Assembly (NCBI GenBank): GCA_904063045.1
Contig: CAJFCJ010000006.1
Span: forward strand, 2,284,946 to 2,348,945
DNA from: Dimorphilus gyrociliatus
Lineage: Eukaryota > Animalia > Annelida
Length of the DNA stretch: 64,000 nucleotides
Direction of reading: 5' to 3'
The position numbers and the translations under genes are program-made. Below are positions 1 through 13,294 of the stretch, piece by piece (position 1 is the first letter of the stretch; every line of letters begins with the position of its first letter). The notes under the pieces are model-generated. The model did not search any database. It saw only the letters and a list, made by a program, of their open reading frames with translations, and was not told where the DNA came from.

Positions 1-128
1 AGTTTTAAAAGAGAGAAGTTTTCCACCAGTTTTCTCTTCAACACACAACTTGTAAAATTCATTTTCCGGTCTTACTATTTACCGAACAATTAAATATCGC
101 TCTGAAGTAAAATTTATATAAAAATATA

Positions 129-3100
129 ATGAATAACGAGCCTCGAATCAAACCTGAGGTCTATCAAGCTATTCAAAATGTTAATTGTGAAATAATAAAT
201 AGGACAGATAGAAAGCATCTTCGGCAACTATTGCCATGTATAGTACGGATGACTGTATGCCATCCCTTAGATTCATCTCCCTCTTGGGCAGAAAAAATTC
301 AAGATTTTTGGCAGATTATTTACCATGATGAAAACGTTGGTGGCATTATTAGCATACTGGATATCAATTATCTAAACCTAGAAAAGGATACTGAAGCAGA
401 GAGAAACCTATTGTAAGTTTTAGGAAAAGTTTTCACAATGTTCAATTCAATAATAGGATCTTTTGTAGTAATCACTTTAACACCCGATCATCTATTAATT
501 CTCAAATTAAATGATACTATGACCATAAAGGTTTAAGCAGTTTGTTTATCTTGTAGGACTGGCTTATTATATTTCATAACTTGTTAACCCATACATATAT
601 TTTTTTCATCTTTTAGCAAAAAAAATCAAGCAATACCGGATGAAAGTATTCTTCTACCATCATCGGAAGATCCCTTAATCGACTTTGATAGTGCAGACCA
701 CGATTCAAAGGCCAGACAAATTTTAAGAGAGCTATTGAAAATTGTCTTCATTGTACAAAATAAGGTAAATACAATTCAAGAAATCTTTTTAAATCATAAT
801 AGTTAAATGATAATGTTACAAAAAAACTAAATATTCTACAGAGCAAATCGGCCTTAACCATGTGCAAGTCTGATTTACTTGATGAAGTCAATTTCTTGCC
901 TGATATTTTTGATATAACCGCTTGCTTGGCAACAGAACTACGGACAATTATCTCAATTCAAGACTTATGCGATATATCTATACATACTAATTATGGACCA
1001 TCGCTACTATGTAATGTACTAGCTAATCAACCTATGGCTTTTTATGAAGGTTAATCTTTGTTTTTAAAAGTATTTATAAAATGAAAAGTTATTTTTATAG
1101 CTGTTGAATTATTGATTAAAACTTGCACTTATACGCAAGATGAAACGTCCGTATTGGCAAGGAGAAGATCTCAATTAATCTTTGAATTGTGTCAGATAAA
1201 TACAAGATTAATACCAAACGTTAAAGCTCTTTGTGTAAGTATTTAAACTTCGATTTTTCTTTCAGTAAAATGATTATTACATTCGATTTTTTCAGCTATC
1301 TTTAAATAAGCTACCTTCTTTAGCTGTTAGTTGCGTCATCCATTTAGATAGTGGCCTATTCCCTTTTCTATGTTCTGTTCTCCTGTCAGAACATATTCAA
1401 ACGAAACATCTATTCAAAGAGTTTATAAAACAAGGTCTAAAGGTAAGTTATACAGCATATGCTGTATTATACTACATACAGTATATAAAAAATAACTTGA
1501 ATCATCTTTCACAGCGTCGAATGGATAATGAAAGAACAAATATGACGGGTGTATTAAGTTGTTTAAAAAGCGAGTTAGATAATATTTTAGATCAGTGTAC
1601 ACCAACGGCTATCCCTGAAAATGTTGCAATGAATGCATGTAATTTTCTAAGAGTATTTTGTATTCTAAGGGGAATAGCATCGCTAAAGTAAGCTATTCTA
1701 ATAAATATTACATTCCCCCATAAGTTCTATTCTCACTTTACTTTAGGTTAAATGACGTTGATCAACAAGCAATACTTCAGCTAATTTGTAAAAGGCAACC
1801 ATATACATTTCAAGGAAATAGATTAGCATCTGTTGGGATTTGCACACTAATGGTTTGTCCAACATTAATCAAGTAAGTAATTGAATAATTTTGTTTAAAT
1901 GATCAATTTATTCATTAATATAATTTTAATGTTCTATTATAATCTTTACAGTCAAAAAGCTCAAGAAAAATTAGTTATAGATTGGATTAAATGGCTTACA
2001 TCTCACCAATCTCAATTTCATGCGTAAGATATTTTATCTCTTTCTGGCTTGTCCTCTCTCTTTTATATTAAAGTGTTTACGTTATATAACAGAGTTGGTA
2101 GTGGAGAAACATCTTACGGAGAAATTCTTCTCCTTACAGCTATTCATTTCCACTCAAATCAAATGAGTGAAGTTGCAGAATTGGCTAATGACATTATTGG
2201 AATAAAAGTATAAAAAAAGATACTTTTTTATAAAATCTAATAAAAAATATATAATATTCATATTAATTATAGAATATCGTCAAAACCTCTACACTCCTAC
2301 GTCTTCGAATGTTATTTACCAACGAGCTTTTTCCAGAACAAGTAATTCTCTTTTCCTTTTTAAATTAATTATCAAATTTAATTAATATGTGTACTATATT
2401 CTGTTAATATTTAATACCTTTTTTTAATTATTTTTCCATTAGGTTGTTGCTAAGCACGCTGTTAAGGTTAAACCAACTAAGAATCTTAATAATAATATGC
2501 ATGGATACTTGCCAATTCATTGTGTTACCCAATTGCTTAAAAGTCAATCGTTTGCTAAACATAAAATACCAATTAAAGATTGGCTGTTATCTCAAATTAG
2601 ACAATCGAAAGCTCCTTTACATAGCGAATTACCGATTGTTATTACGGAATTTGTTAATTCTTGCTTAAACTTAAAATCCAAATTGGAAAATAGAAATGAA
2701 CCTTTTGCCGAAGATGAAATTAGAAGTGTCTTTCAAGTAAAAATTGCTTCTAAGGAGAAAAAACAGAAAGTTGACAATAATCAAGATATTCTATTAGAAG
2801 AACATTTATATGAAAGAAATATACTGTTTCATAGTTTAGACGATTTCGAAAAGCAATTTGATGATATTTGTAAATATGAAAATGAAATTGGAGACCCTTC
2901 CGATTCAAAGGATAAAACTCCTCAAGTGTTATTGCTATATTATCTATTACACTATCAGAATGTGTTTTCGACAAATTTACCACTACTGAATCAAATAGGA
3001 AATGAAGGAAAGCGTCAATTGGAATATTCTCAATCCTTTTTTGATCAATTACCTATTAGAGCACTAGTACATCACGCCCAAACTCAACAAGAGCACTTTT

Positions 3101-5067
3101 CCAGTATTATTCCCACACTTCAAAGGTACCATTGTATTTTTTTTTTGACAAATTTTAAAAGATCAACCTATAAACTGTTTTATTTTAGGCTCTTAGTGCA
3201 ACACTTTCCTCATTTATGCCTTGTTGAAGAATGGTTAGAAGATGAAGTATCTTATCGAACTGAACACATATCCAAAGACCTTACAGAGGAATCATTAACA
3301 AAAGGTAAACGCAACATTTTTGATATAAGATCTAATTTAATCTTTTACTTTTTCCTTAGCATTTGAAAAGACATCTCAAAGCAACTCCAGTCTTCTTCAT
3401 CTAAGATTACAAGAGTTGTTATTACTTGATGAAAATGATTTGCAAAAATTTGCTGATGTCTTTACGAAGAATTTGAATAGACTATTAGATGAAAATGTTC
3501 CTAGGATGGTAATTAATTTAGCTTGTAAAGTCTGGGAAAGATTACATAGAGTAATGCCGAGAAAGTAATTAAAATAATAATACTATTAATTGAAGTGAGC
3601 TAGTTATTTTTAATTATTATTTTTAAACAAAAAGGTTACGAGTATTAACGGTTAATGCTTTTATGACTGATTTTGGATATTATTCATCGAAGATAACTCA
3701 AGAGCATTTAACAATAGAACCAGTGCTAATTTTAAAGTGTGACCCAAGAATATACAGGTATACAAAACAAAGATAAATATAATTTCCCAAATGTAACTAT
3801 TTCTTATTTTGCTATTATTACAGATGCGCACCTCTCCTCTCAATCCTTCTAAGAATATTAGAGTCATTCGTACTTGCTTCAAAGTTATTTTTTAGAGATA
3901 GGAGTCAGGTTTGTGTGTTAATTTGATTTATTTAATCAATATGAAAATATTGAAAACTTTTTTTAGCGACTTGGCGTACAAGAGAAGAAACAAAGACCTA
4001 ATTTTGAGATTTTAACAACTAACGAAAAGGATGAATTGAGTAACGCCATACTTATGACTCAAGATGCGGCTGTTATTCAAATATTACTAAATATATGCCG
4101 ACCTCAAGCAGAGGATGAGGAAAAATTAACTTGGAGAAAGGAGATGAGATGTATAGTTTTCGCATACATTCACAAAGCATTTATAGCTAGTACTGCTTTA
4201 TGCAAATTAGTTCACTTTCAAGTAAATTATATAAAATAAAATTAACATCTATTAGAATCTACGTTAATTGCAAATTATCCTTTCAATAGGGTTATCCGTC
4301 ATCTCTTATCCCTTTGACTGTATCAGGAATACCTTCAATGCATATTTGTTTGGATTTTATACCAGAATTACTTTCTCAACCTCAAAATGAAAAAAAGGTC
4401 TGTTACTTATTGGAATATGAATTGATATCACGTTATTTATTATCTTGTACTTTTCCTTCTTACAGATATTTGCTATAGATTTATTATCGCATATTTGTCT
4501 TCATTATGCTCTTCCTAAGACACTTGCTCTAGCAAGATTGGCAATAAACATTTTATCAACTATGTTACCAAGTAAGTACAAAGTATTTTTTTATGTTTTT
4601 AAACGAATTTTTCTTGTAAATTTAATTTTTTTCTTTAAATATTTTCTAGTATTAAATTGTGACGATCGTGCAAGCTTTTATTCTTTATGTTTGAGACCGT
4701 TGAGCCGAATATCAAAAGCTTTTCCACCGACTCGAGATGATATAATTTCTATATTGATTCAATTAGCTCAGATGGCTCTGGGAGATTGTGCAGTTTTAGG
4801 TTTATCACCAAGAGCCGGTTGGTACAATTGTATTTCTTTTTTTTTTGCCATAACGACTCCAATCGTTTAATTTCATTTTTTATTTTTGTTTCAGTTCAAG
4901 CTTTGGACAATCTAGTCAAAGATACTGAATGCAAACTTCAGCCTAGAGACTATCCTAAAGTTAAAAATGGAAACAAAAGGATAAAGAACAAACACATTGA
5001 CCTATGCTTTGAAATTAGTGATTGTTATAATTGTATTATGAAACAAACTGTTATGATATCGAAGTGA
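129..5067 (+). CDS. INTS2: Integrator complex subunit 2 (multi-exon)
   Basis: N-terminus ...LRQLLPCIVRMTVCHPLDSSPSWAE... matches the INTS2 LRLLLPCLVRMALCAP motif. C-terminal exons (DAAVIQILLNIC, IVFAYIHKAFIASTALCKLVHFQGYP, FAIDLLSHICLHYALPKTL) also fit INTS2. Many short GT-AG introns (first donor 413). Stop TGA 5065-5067. Confidence 0.93.
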
Positions 5068-5450
5068 CCAACCATTTATGCTCAAATTCTTGTATATATT
5101 TATATAATGTAAAAAAATTCTTACAACTTGATGTTTTGCTTATTTCCTTCCTGTGTAGTGTTTTGTTTTATATAAACATAAAGAAAATGAATTTCATCCT
5201 ACATGAGGACTACAATTATAACTTGAAAATATCGTTTTTACTAATATCAAAGTGTTTTTCGTTTATACAAATTTATTGAAATTTTTTGTCATATTTAATC
5301 TTATGGTACTGATTTAGTTGGCTTTTCTACTTATTAAAAGATTAGAAAATTTTTAAAAGATCAATCGGAAACGGAAACACTGTTGATGACCTTGTCTCTT
5401 GCTCATTTTCGCTCTGTTCTTAGAATCGCGAAAAGAAGTGCGACTTGACA

Positions 5451-5470
5451 ATATATATATATATATATAT
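5451..5470. repeat. (AT)10 microsatellite just upstream of the FMC1 ATG
   Basis: atatatatatatatatatat at 5451-5470, followed by actATG. Confidence 0.95.
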
Positions 5471-5473
5471 ACT

Positions 5474-5913
5474 ATGGCAAGTTCTAAGGCAAGAGTAGCT
5501 GTATTAAAATCCCTTTTTAGAGAACTGCAATTGTCAAATAAGGTAAACAATTTAAGGATTGTAAAAACTGTACTACTATATATAATCTTGATTAGAAACC
5601 TTTGAAAGAAAATCCTGTATATATATACGCGATGGAGCAGACGAGGAAACATCAAGTTACGGGAATGAAATTTTGTAGAGAAAGAGATGAACTCTTTCAT
5701 GTTACTGATACATACAGATGTCTTTTGCATAGTGTTCGAAAACACGAAGTAAGTTTTACTCAGGTTTTTAAAGAGAAAAGCTTTCAATAATACTACAATT
5801 TTGTCGAACAGGAATTAATTGAAAGATATAAGGGAGCTGGTGAAAGGACAATAGAAGAAAGTGCCAATATAGTTGGTCTAGGTTTACCACAAGTTGGTGA
5901 ACCATTAAAATGA
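5474..5913 (+). CDS. FMC1: Mitochondrial complex V assembly factor FMC1 (C7orf55 homolog), 107 aa
   Basis: Exons 5474-5542, 5596-5748 and 5812-5913 give MASSKARVAVLKSLFRELQLSNK-KPLKENPVYIYAMEQTRKHQVTGMKFCRERDELFHVTDTYRCLLHSVRKHE-ELIERYKGAGERTIEESANIVGLGLP, which matches the FMC1 motifs TYLCLLRSIRKH and GKGERSVEESAGLVGLKLP. Confidence 0.93.
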
Positions 5914-6033
5914 AATAGTTACTTTAATTGAAAAATCTAATCATCTCAATGACACTACATTGTATATAGCAGCATATATAAACAAATATAGCCAAAAGAA
6001 AATGAAATAAAGTGGCTAACAGAATAAAACTCT

Positions 6034-7340
6034 TTAAACATTCGCTATGGGCATATCGCTTTGCTTTGCCGAGTTGAAAACCAATTTTTTTATTGGAAAA
6101 TCTTTAGGAGTATCATCTATAAAGATGAATTTTCTTTTTCCTTTCTTTAATTTTTCAGGTAACATTGTCCCATCGTCTTCCATTCTTTTAATTATTAGAT
6201 CATTCTTCTCTTTTGCAACTTTTATATTACCTGCCATAGTTGGCATTGTAATACGATCAGAATCTTTTTTAATAGACCTAACCCACAACCTACTTGGCGG
6301 GAATATGAATCTTTTACGATGATATAAATATCTTAATCTTGCTCTAACCTCTCTATCTAAAATTGCAAGAAAAAGAATAGGACAATCGTTATAAATGCTA
6401 CATAAGCATTTTAGACATTCTAGTCTTTCCGAATGGTTAACGACAGCTTTCAAATATTCCGCTTCTCTTAAGGAAAAAGCAATCACTATACAAGTCAAAA
6501 AGAGAATGTCTTTTGAAACTTGAATTTCCGGTAGATTTGGTAAAGGAACGTATCGTTTAATCTGGTCCTTTTTTAGAGATATTAATAAAAAGCTTATAAT
6601 CGGGTGATTAAGCTTTAAAATCTTTTCTTTAGAACTATACTAGTCCATACTAAGAAATTTATATAGTTTTATCGGTTTACAGCTTATTCACCCTGTTATC
6701 TCTCGCTTGTTCGTTAAGATTAAATCGAAAACCTCTTCGACTCGTCTCTGAAGATAAGACAATCCATCCTTATTTATTAAACTTTTCTCCTGAAATATTT
6801 TTAATATCCTAGTTGGATAGGATATTTTATGCGATGATAGATCGTGCAATTTCATGATCCTTAAACATATTTCATAATAGACTTCTTCTTTATAAAGTAG
6901 CTATGAAAGATAAAAAACACAGTAGGCGTTTATAATTTAAAAAACAAACAAAAACTCTAAAATTAAAACTTTACACTAAAATATTTATGTCTTCTATTCT
7001 TTTGCTTCAAGGTTAAATCTTTATTATCAATGTTCCTTTGCATAAAATCCAAAAGTGTGAGTATTATCGTGTGAAAACCGTTGTGAAAATGTCTCCAGAC
7101 ATTAATGCCTTCTTTGATTAGTAATTGTTCGTAATCTTCTATATACGATATGCATCTTAGCTTTATGTCAATGTTTAATCCAAATTCATCACATACTGCT
7201 AGAGCATAACTGTTGATATTATCCTTTGATTTTGGAAATAATAACATGTAATAGCAGCTTTTAAGATCGGAGTAATCGGGATAATTTTTGGCGAATTTTC
7301 TCAAATATGACAAATTCTCTTTCCATAGAGTTTTATCCAT
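6034..7340 (-). CDS. Uncharacterised ~390-aa protein (3 exons), no family recognised
   Basis: ORFs 6963-7340 and 6034-6498 join through a middle exon (~6900-6691, LLYKEEVYYEICLRIMKLHDL...KREITG) with phase-compatible GT-AG introns, giving one continuous frame. Confidence 0.7.
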
Positions 7341-7575
7341 TTTTTAAACGTTATACAGAAAATGAAACTTTCGAACCCTTGACGTAAAGCTTTCTTTTAA
7401 AAATTATTAAACTGGATCAGCTTACCAATTACATTAGTCATATATATAAATTATAAAGGAGCTCGAACCTCACTACGCATGTTACTCCCTCCAAAAGAAA
7501 CTGGTGCTCTCTACAACTCGAAAAAAAAATTTTCAATATAGAAGGCTTATAGACAGAGAAATAACGATCTATGAT

Positions 7576-8583
7576 ATGAAGAATATGGAAAAAGTTCACA
7601 TTCCATTATCTTTCTATTTGGATGACTTTGATGAAAGCTTTGCCTTAATTTTTTTAAATACCCCCATAGAAAAAAACGATAATGTGGTAAAACAATTGTT
7701 TAAGAAAGCATCATTTAAAGTTTTAGTTGACGGTGGTGCAAACAGGATGTTTGATGTAGACTCAGAGACAGGACATTTTCACATTCCCGACATGATAACT
7801 GGAGATCTAGATTCGGCAAGATCCGATGTCTTAAAATTTTACAGGGAAAAGGTGAGTTTTTAATTATGATTATTCTATTATCTTGTTTAATTTTTCTTCC
7901 TTTCTTCCAGGGAGTAGAAATTATCGAGACGTATGATCAGAATTTTACTGATTTTACTAAATGTTTAAAGATAGTTCTTGAAAAAATTGAAAAAAAGGAG
8001 CTAAATGTGTGTAAATTGAAATTTTGATATGAAATTTCCTTTGTATTTCATGAGAAGTTTTTCAATCTATTAGGTCAAATATATTTTAGTTCATGTTGGA
8101 ATAAGGGGAAGATTTGACCAAGTAATGGGAAATATTCAAACTTTATATCATATGGTTCCAAAGACAAACATTCCTATTTATCTTATATCTAGGGAAAATA
8201 TCATTTTCCTTCTCCTAAAGGTGACTTAATTTTTCGGTATTAATAATATAATTAGATGATAACTTTGGAATTAATGCAGGGCTCTCATAGAATAATGCTC
8301 AATCAAAAGTTTAATGAAGGCTATTGTGGACTTTTACCAATTGGTCGTTCTTGTGATAATGTCACGACTACCGGACTTAAATGGAATTTAAGTGAGTGTA
8401 GAAAGTTTTTGAAACGTTTCTTTCCTCTTTCTATTCAATAGTTCCCTTAATTTTCTAGCTCACGATAAACTAGAATTTGGAAAACTAGTTAGCACATCGA
8501 ACAAATGGATTCCCGAAAGTGATGATATTAGTATAGTGACCGATGAGCCTTTAATATTTACTATGTCTTTCAATGAAAATTAA
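7576..8583 (+). CDS. TPK1: Thiamine pyrophosphokinase 1
   Basis: Motifs VDGGANR, PDMITGDLDS, DQNFTDFTKCL, GRFDQVMGNIQTL, CGLLPIG, TTTGLKWNL and LVSTSN. Start is 7576 or 7585; stop TAA 8581-8583. Confidence 0.95.
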
Positions 8584-8922
8584 AGCAAACAAAACTAAAC
8601 AAACCAAAACTGATTCAAATGCTTGATGGAATTTATCAGAAAAAATTAAATGCAAAAATAATTTCCTTTTTTTGTTTGATTGTCTTTATGATTTTTATGT
8701 TACGTTAAGTTTGAAATGATTTTAATTGAGTAATATTAATAATAAATATTATAGAAAAGTATTTGCATTACATTTTATTAACTTATCTTTTGAATTAGAA
8801 AAAAAATGAAGTCACATTCGGGAAGGACATCTATAAAAAATCGATCAGACGGAATGACTTTCTTATGTTTAGAAATGTACTATTACAGAATATCGTAGTT
8901 TATTTAGTTGACTTGTGGTACA

Positions 8923-11900
8923 TTACATCCAACTTTCCATCTCCTAAAAGCATAAAAATTGATAGTTTATTTAATTTTTTTGAATAATAATTTTTTACCT
9001 CTTGAAAACGATTTTCGTCGATGAAAGGCTTATCAATCGCTTCGATCATAACAGAGCCACAAAGAAAGCAGTCTCTAGCTATTATATCATCAATTTCATT
9101 CTGAATTCCACCTATTTTTGACACAGATCTTTGAAAGTGACGGCCATTAGGGGCTGTGGCAGCGTCCAACTTTCTCCTCAGAGTCTCTAGCTTCTCTCTT
9201 TCATTTGATGATAGGCAAGGCAAGAGACAAATGACTAGACAATCTGTATGGAAGCGATGGGAGCAGGGAAAAACATGGAAAGGTCTTGTTAAAAGGCTTT
9301 GTGAGCAGCTGTGACATTTGTCGGAGGCTGATATACAAGCATATTTGTTTCTTAATGCTTGCATTTGTGCTCTGATCTCTTTTGAACTATCTGTGGCTTG
9401 TTGCATCTCTTGTTTCAAATTGTTAATATGCTCATTATATTGTTCCAGAGATGAACAGATAGCATCCTTAAAGTGGTCTATTGTAACAAAATCAGGGAAG
9501 AATGGTAAAACGTCTTCAATATTAATCAAATCGCATCCTTCCAATAATTTCATTGTTTTTTCAACATCTTTCTCAGTTTGAACAACATGTTTGGCAATGA
9601 GCAGCCATAGTTTCTTTTTAGTCTCTTCGTCTTTAGCTTTCGATGCGTTTTTCTTTGCCAAATCCACATCAACTTTTAAAGCTAATTTTACAGCTTCTTC
9701 ATACAATTTCATTGTGGAATAAATGTGTATACAAGCTCTTTCTAAATGCAAATCACTACAAACTCTTAAAGCGTATTTTACGTCGTAGCACACTGAATCT
9801 TCATCCTTTGAAAAAATATTAATTAATTGTTACAACTTAGGAAAATATCAAAAGAAACTAACTTCTCCTTGCAATTCCAAATAAGTGATTAAGTCATTCG
9901 GTTTTAATTTAGCATACAAAGATATTAAGTAATTATGGATAGCTTTCTCTTTGTTCCTTAATTCTTTTGTACAATATTCCACATATCTTATTGCTTCATT
10001 CTCCGAGTCTCCGATATTTTGTTCAATTGAACGATCGTATCTAACAAGAGCAGGAATAAGACGAGATGGATCTAATGCTCTCTTCTGAGAAATCCATGCA
10101 TTAACGGTTTCTTTAGGTAAATGTTGCATAAGTAATGGTGAAAACTTGTAGAAAAGAGAAGCGTCCTCGTTTAAATCACTCTGTTTAAATTTTAAAAACA
10201 AATGCTCTATTCATTATACAGCATTTAGAATTAAGAAAGAAATTACGTGTTTAATTAGATATTCTAAGGCTTTTGGATAATCCTCTGATTGAACATAATG
10301 AGAAATAACTTTCTCATAATCTTTCATTAGGACAGCAAAGAACATCATATCATCTTCAGCACCGTGGCTGGCTATTAAATTGTATACAATATCTCTATGA
10401 GAGTATACGCAATCCTGTCAAGAAAAATTATATGAATAAATTAACGATTGGGTAAACATGTTAATAAAATATTACTTTAACAACTGAGTCATTTATGAAA
10501 TTCCTAAAAACTGATTGCAATTGTAAATACTCCGGATCATTAGGATCCAGGATTTTTTCCCTTAATTTTCCTAATTCATCCAGATATATTTCTACTAGCC
10601 ATGTAGTTATCAAAGCACTCTGAGTTTTATCATTAGGAGAAAGGCTTTTAAGTTTTTTTCTTAAATATACTTGAAGTGGTTCGGTTTGTTCCAGACCAAT
10701 GAAACGGAGCGCTACTTCTTCAAACGATGCCGAAGTTTGAGCATATAGTTTAGCGCTCTTTGAATAGCTGGTAAATAATGCTTATATTATATATTAAAGC
10801 AATAAATGTTATAAAAACTTACTCTCTATTCATAAAATGATATTCTGCTTCTTTCGTTAAAACAAGATCCAAATGCTTAGGGTTATCTTTTGCGTGTTGT
10901 TTAGCTAATCCGTACGCTCTTTTATCCAAGTAACATCTCCAAACATTTCTTTTTAGGCAAATGCTTAAGTTTATGGTAAACGACTAGCAAAAGAAACAAT
11001 ATTACCTTTCCTCTCTGTCAATTTTATATTTATAAATTGCTTTTTCAGCATACACATAGATTATCTTTTTAGCTTCATCTTTCCAAGCTCCTAGTACGTT
11101 TCCAAATTTCTATTTGTCAAGAAAAAAAAGAACATATATCTGCTATAAATCATTAAAAAAATTGAATTCTAACTTCTTGGAAACTATCTTCATGAACAAT
11201 TTTCTCGTCAAGAATATTTATAGCACGTAGACTATAAGTGTTTGACATTTCATTATATAATTAGTAAATTATAGTAAATAAAATATAAGCTAACCTATTA
11301 GAATAAATAAGCACTGTATGGAACTCTGTCATTATAATATCAATAGGAAAATTAGGGCATTTTCTTGGATAAGGTATCAGTTCAGAATCAATAGCAACAA
11401 TATCCGGCCTCATTAGACCTGTTGTATCTATTTTGCCACAATAAATACCAGCACCTAAAAAAACCATTATTGATATGTTTTAAGTGTTATTCGTTAACTC
11501 TTTTGTAAACTTACCACACATCCATGAAAATTTAGTCGAAACTGATCTCAAATCTGGTCGAAATAGGTCTAATTTGCTTCTTTCACATTCTCCTTGTAAA
11601 TTAATTGATCCCTCTAGTTGGAAGCAAAATATAAAGAATTATATAAATTTAAGATTCAAGTAATATTAAAATTTAATTACTTGGAACATCTTTGTATGCT
11701 GAAAATACGTGTTGAAAGATTGGGGCTTCAGTTGAAGCAGGTATCGATGATACAAACTGGTAGAATTGTCTGATAAAGTTATAAAAGAGAAGATAGTAGT
11801 TAATAATTGAGAAAAAAACACAAAATTAATTTAAAAGTATAATTATACGAACGTTTTTGTTGTTACAAGGAAAAAATATCTATAATCACTAGTTGTTTCA

Positions 11901-12852
11901 GAAGGAATCTATTAACATTAATGAAATTGAAAATAAGGAAGAGTAAAGAAGTATATGACATACTCTTTCAATCTTTATATTTGTAATTTCAGTTTGTTTT
12001 TGTACTTCATCAGGAACGATTGACCAGACTTGTTTCAAGTATTGTTCTCTTTTGGGCTTTACCCTTATACCTTCATCTCCAGCCATTATTTGAGTTTCCA
12101 AGAGTAAACCATTACTCGTTCCAATTAATATTTCACCTGTTGACGATTCTGACGAAGCTCGTATATTCCACCCAACTGCCGTAATGACATAATCCTAAAA
12201 AGAGTTAATTTAAAAGCTTCAAATTCTAAAAAATAAGAATATTGCTACTTTTAGGCGAGACAAAATGTGTATTTTTTTGGACCCTCTATTTAAATAGAAA
12301 CTTTCTCCAGACTCCATACATAATATTGTATGATATCCAGATGGATCCAAAAGGAGAGACGTCAACTTATCATCAGGACGACCGAAAGGAATTTCTGTGG
12401 AAAGATATTTTTATGCCTTAATGTAGCTTATTAAAATAAATAATTGTACCATCAAAATTGTCTTGTTGATAATCCAAGTTTTTACAAAGTAAAACTTTTG
12501 TATCCAATGCAATGATTAAATAGGAATTAGCACAACAGAAATGAGTGATTGAAGAAGGAGGCCTTTAAGAAAACAATCCACATTGTATTGAATAAATATA
12601 TCAATTTAACAAAATCATCTTACGTATAGCTAACTCTACTTTTAGCAAAAACGGGTGATTCGTCGTCTTGCCTTGTTCTTAAAGCCTGTAGAAATTTTAA
12701 ACAGTAAAGAGGCGTAAACGATTGGTCGATATTGTTTATATTCTATTGTTATGCAATCGTATCTCTTAGGCTAAAACATGTCCCAATGTTTTATGAGCAA
12801 AAGATAGAAGGGTTGATTTTTATTATAAACGAAATATTAACTAATTTACCAT
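8923..12852 (-). CDS. VPS18: Vacuolar protein sorting 18 (HOPS/CORVET subunit)
   Basis: Contains YDVKYALRVC, KKLWLLIAKHVV, IEDVLPFFPDFVTIDHFKDAICSSL and the C-terminal RING (CHSC...FPCSHRFHTDCL...CFLCG). Last exon is EMESWM*. The probable first coding exon is only ATG (12852-12850). Confidence 0.95.
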
Positions 12853-13294
12853 TTCTAAACGTTTCCCTCTTGAACCGAAATTAAGAATACGCCAAAATTA
12901 AGAATATAGAAAGAGCAAGTAAATAATAAACTAAGATTTGTTATTTATGATGCATGAATGAATTACATTAAATGAGCGCCATCTTGCGTTTGGAGTGCTA
13001 TATTCACTAGATCATACAAAGGTTTACGCAATCCAATACGAATATACAGACATCATATATTTTGTCCATTGAATAATAAAATGAATTAGTTTTAATTAAA
13101 TGCGATTTCAATTTACTTAGAAAATTTGTTGAATTCAATGCTATATATAGTATAAACTAGATGGCAACACAGTAAATATTTTCACAGGTTCAATTCAATA
13201 GAAATGGAAAGTATCAATGCTCAATTCTAATAGAAAGTCCGCGGAAAATTGTAAAAAAACTAAAGGTCAAGGTTGAACATATGGGCTAATAGTC

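Noticed and set aside
6047-6322. Plus-strand ORFs overlapping minus-strand genes (also 9318-9581, 27141-27416, 47143-47556, 49011-49230, 55261-55515)
   Set aside because: These are antisense shadows of real coding exons; the peptides are hydrophobic or Ser/Phe-rich mirror translations with no independent splice or start context.
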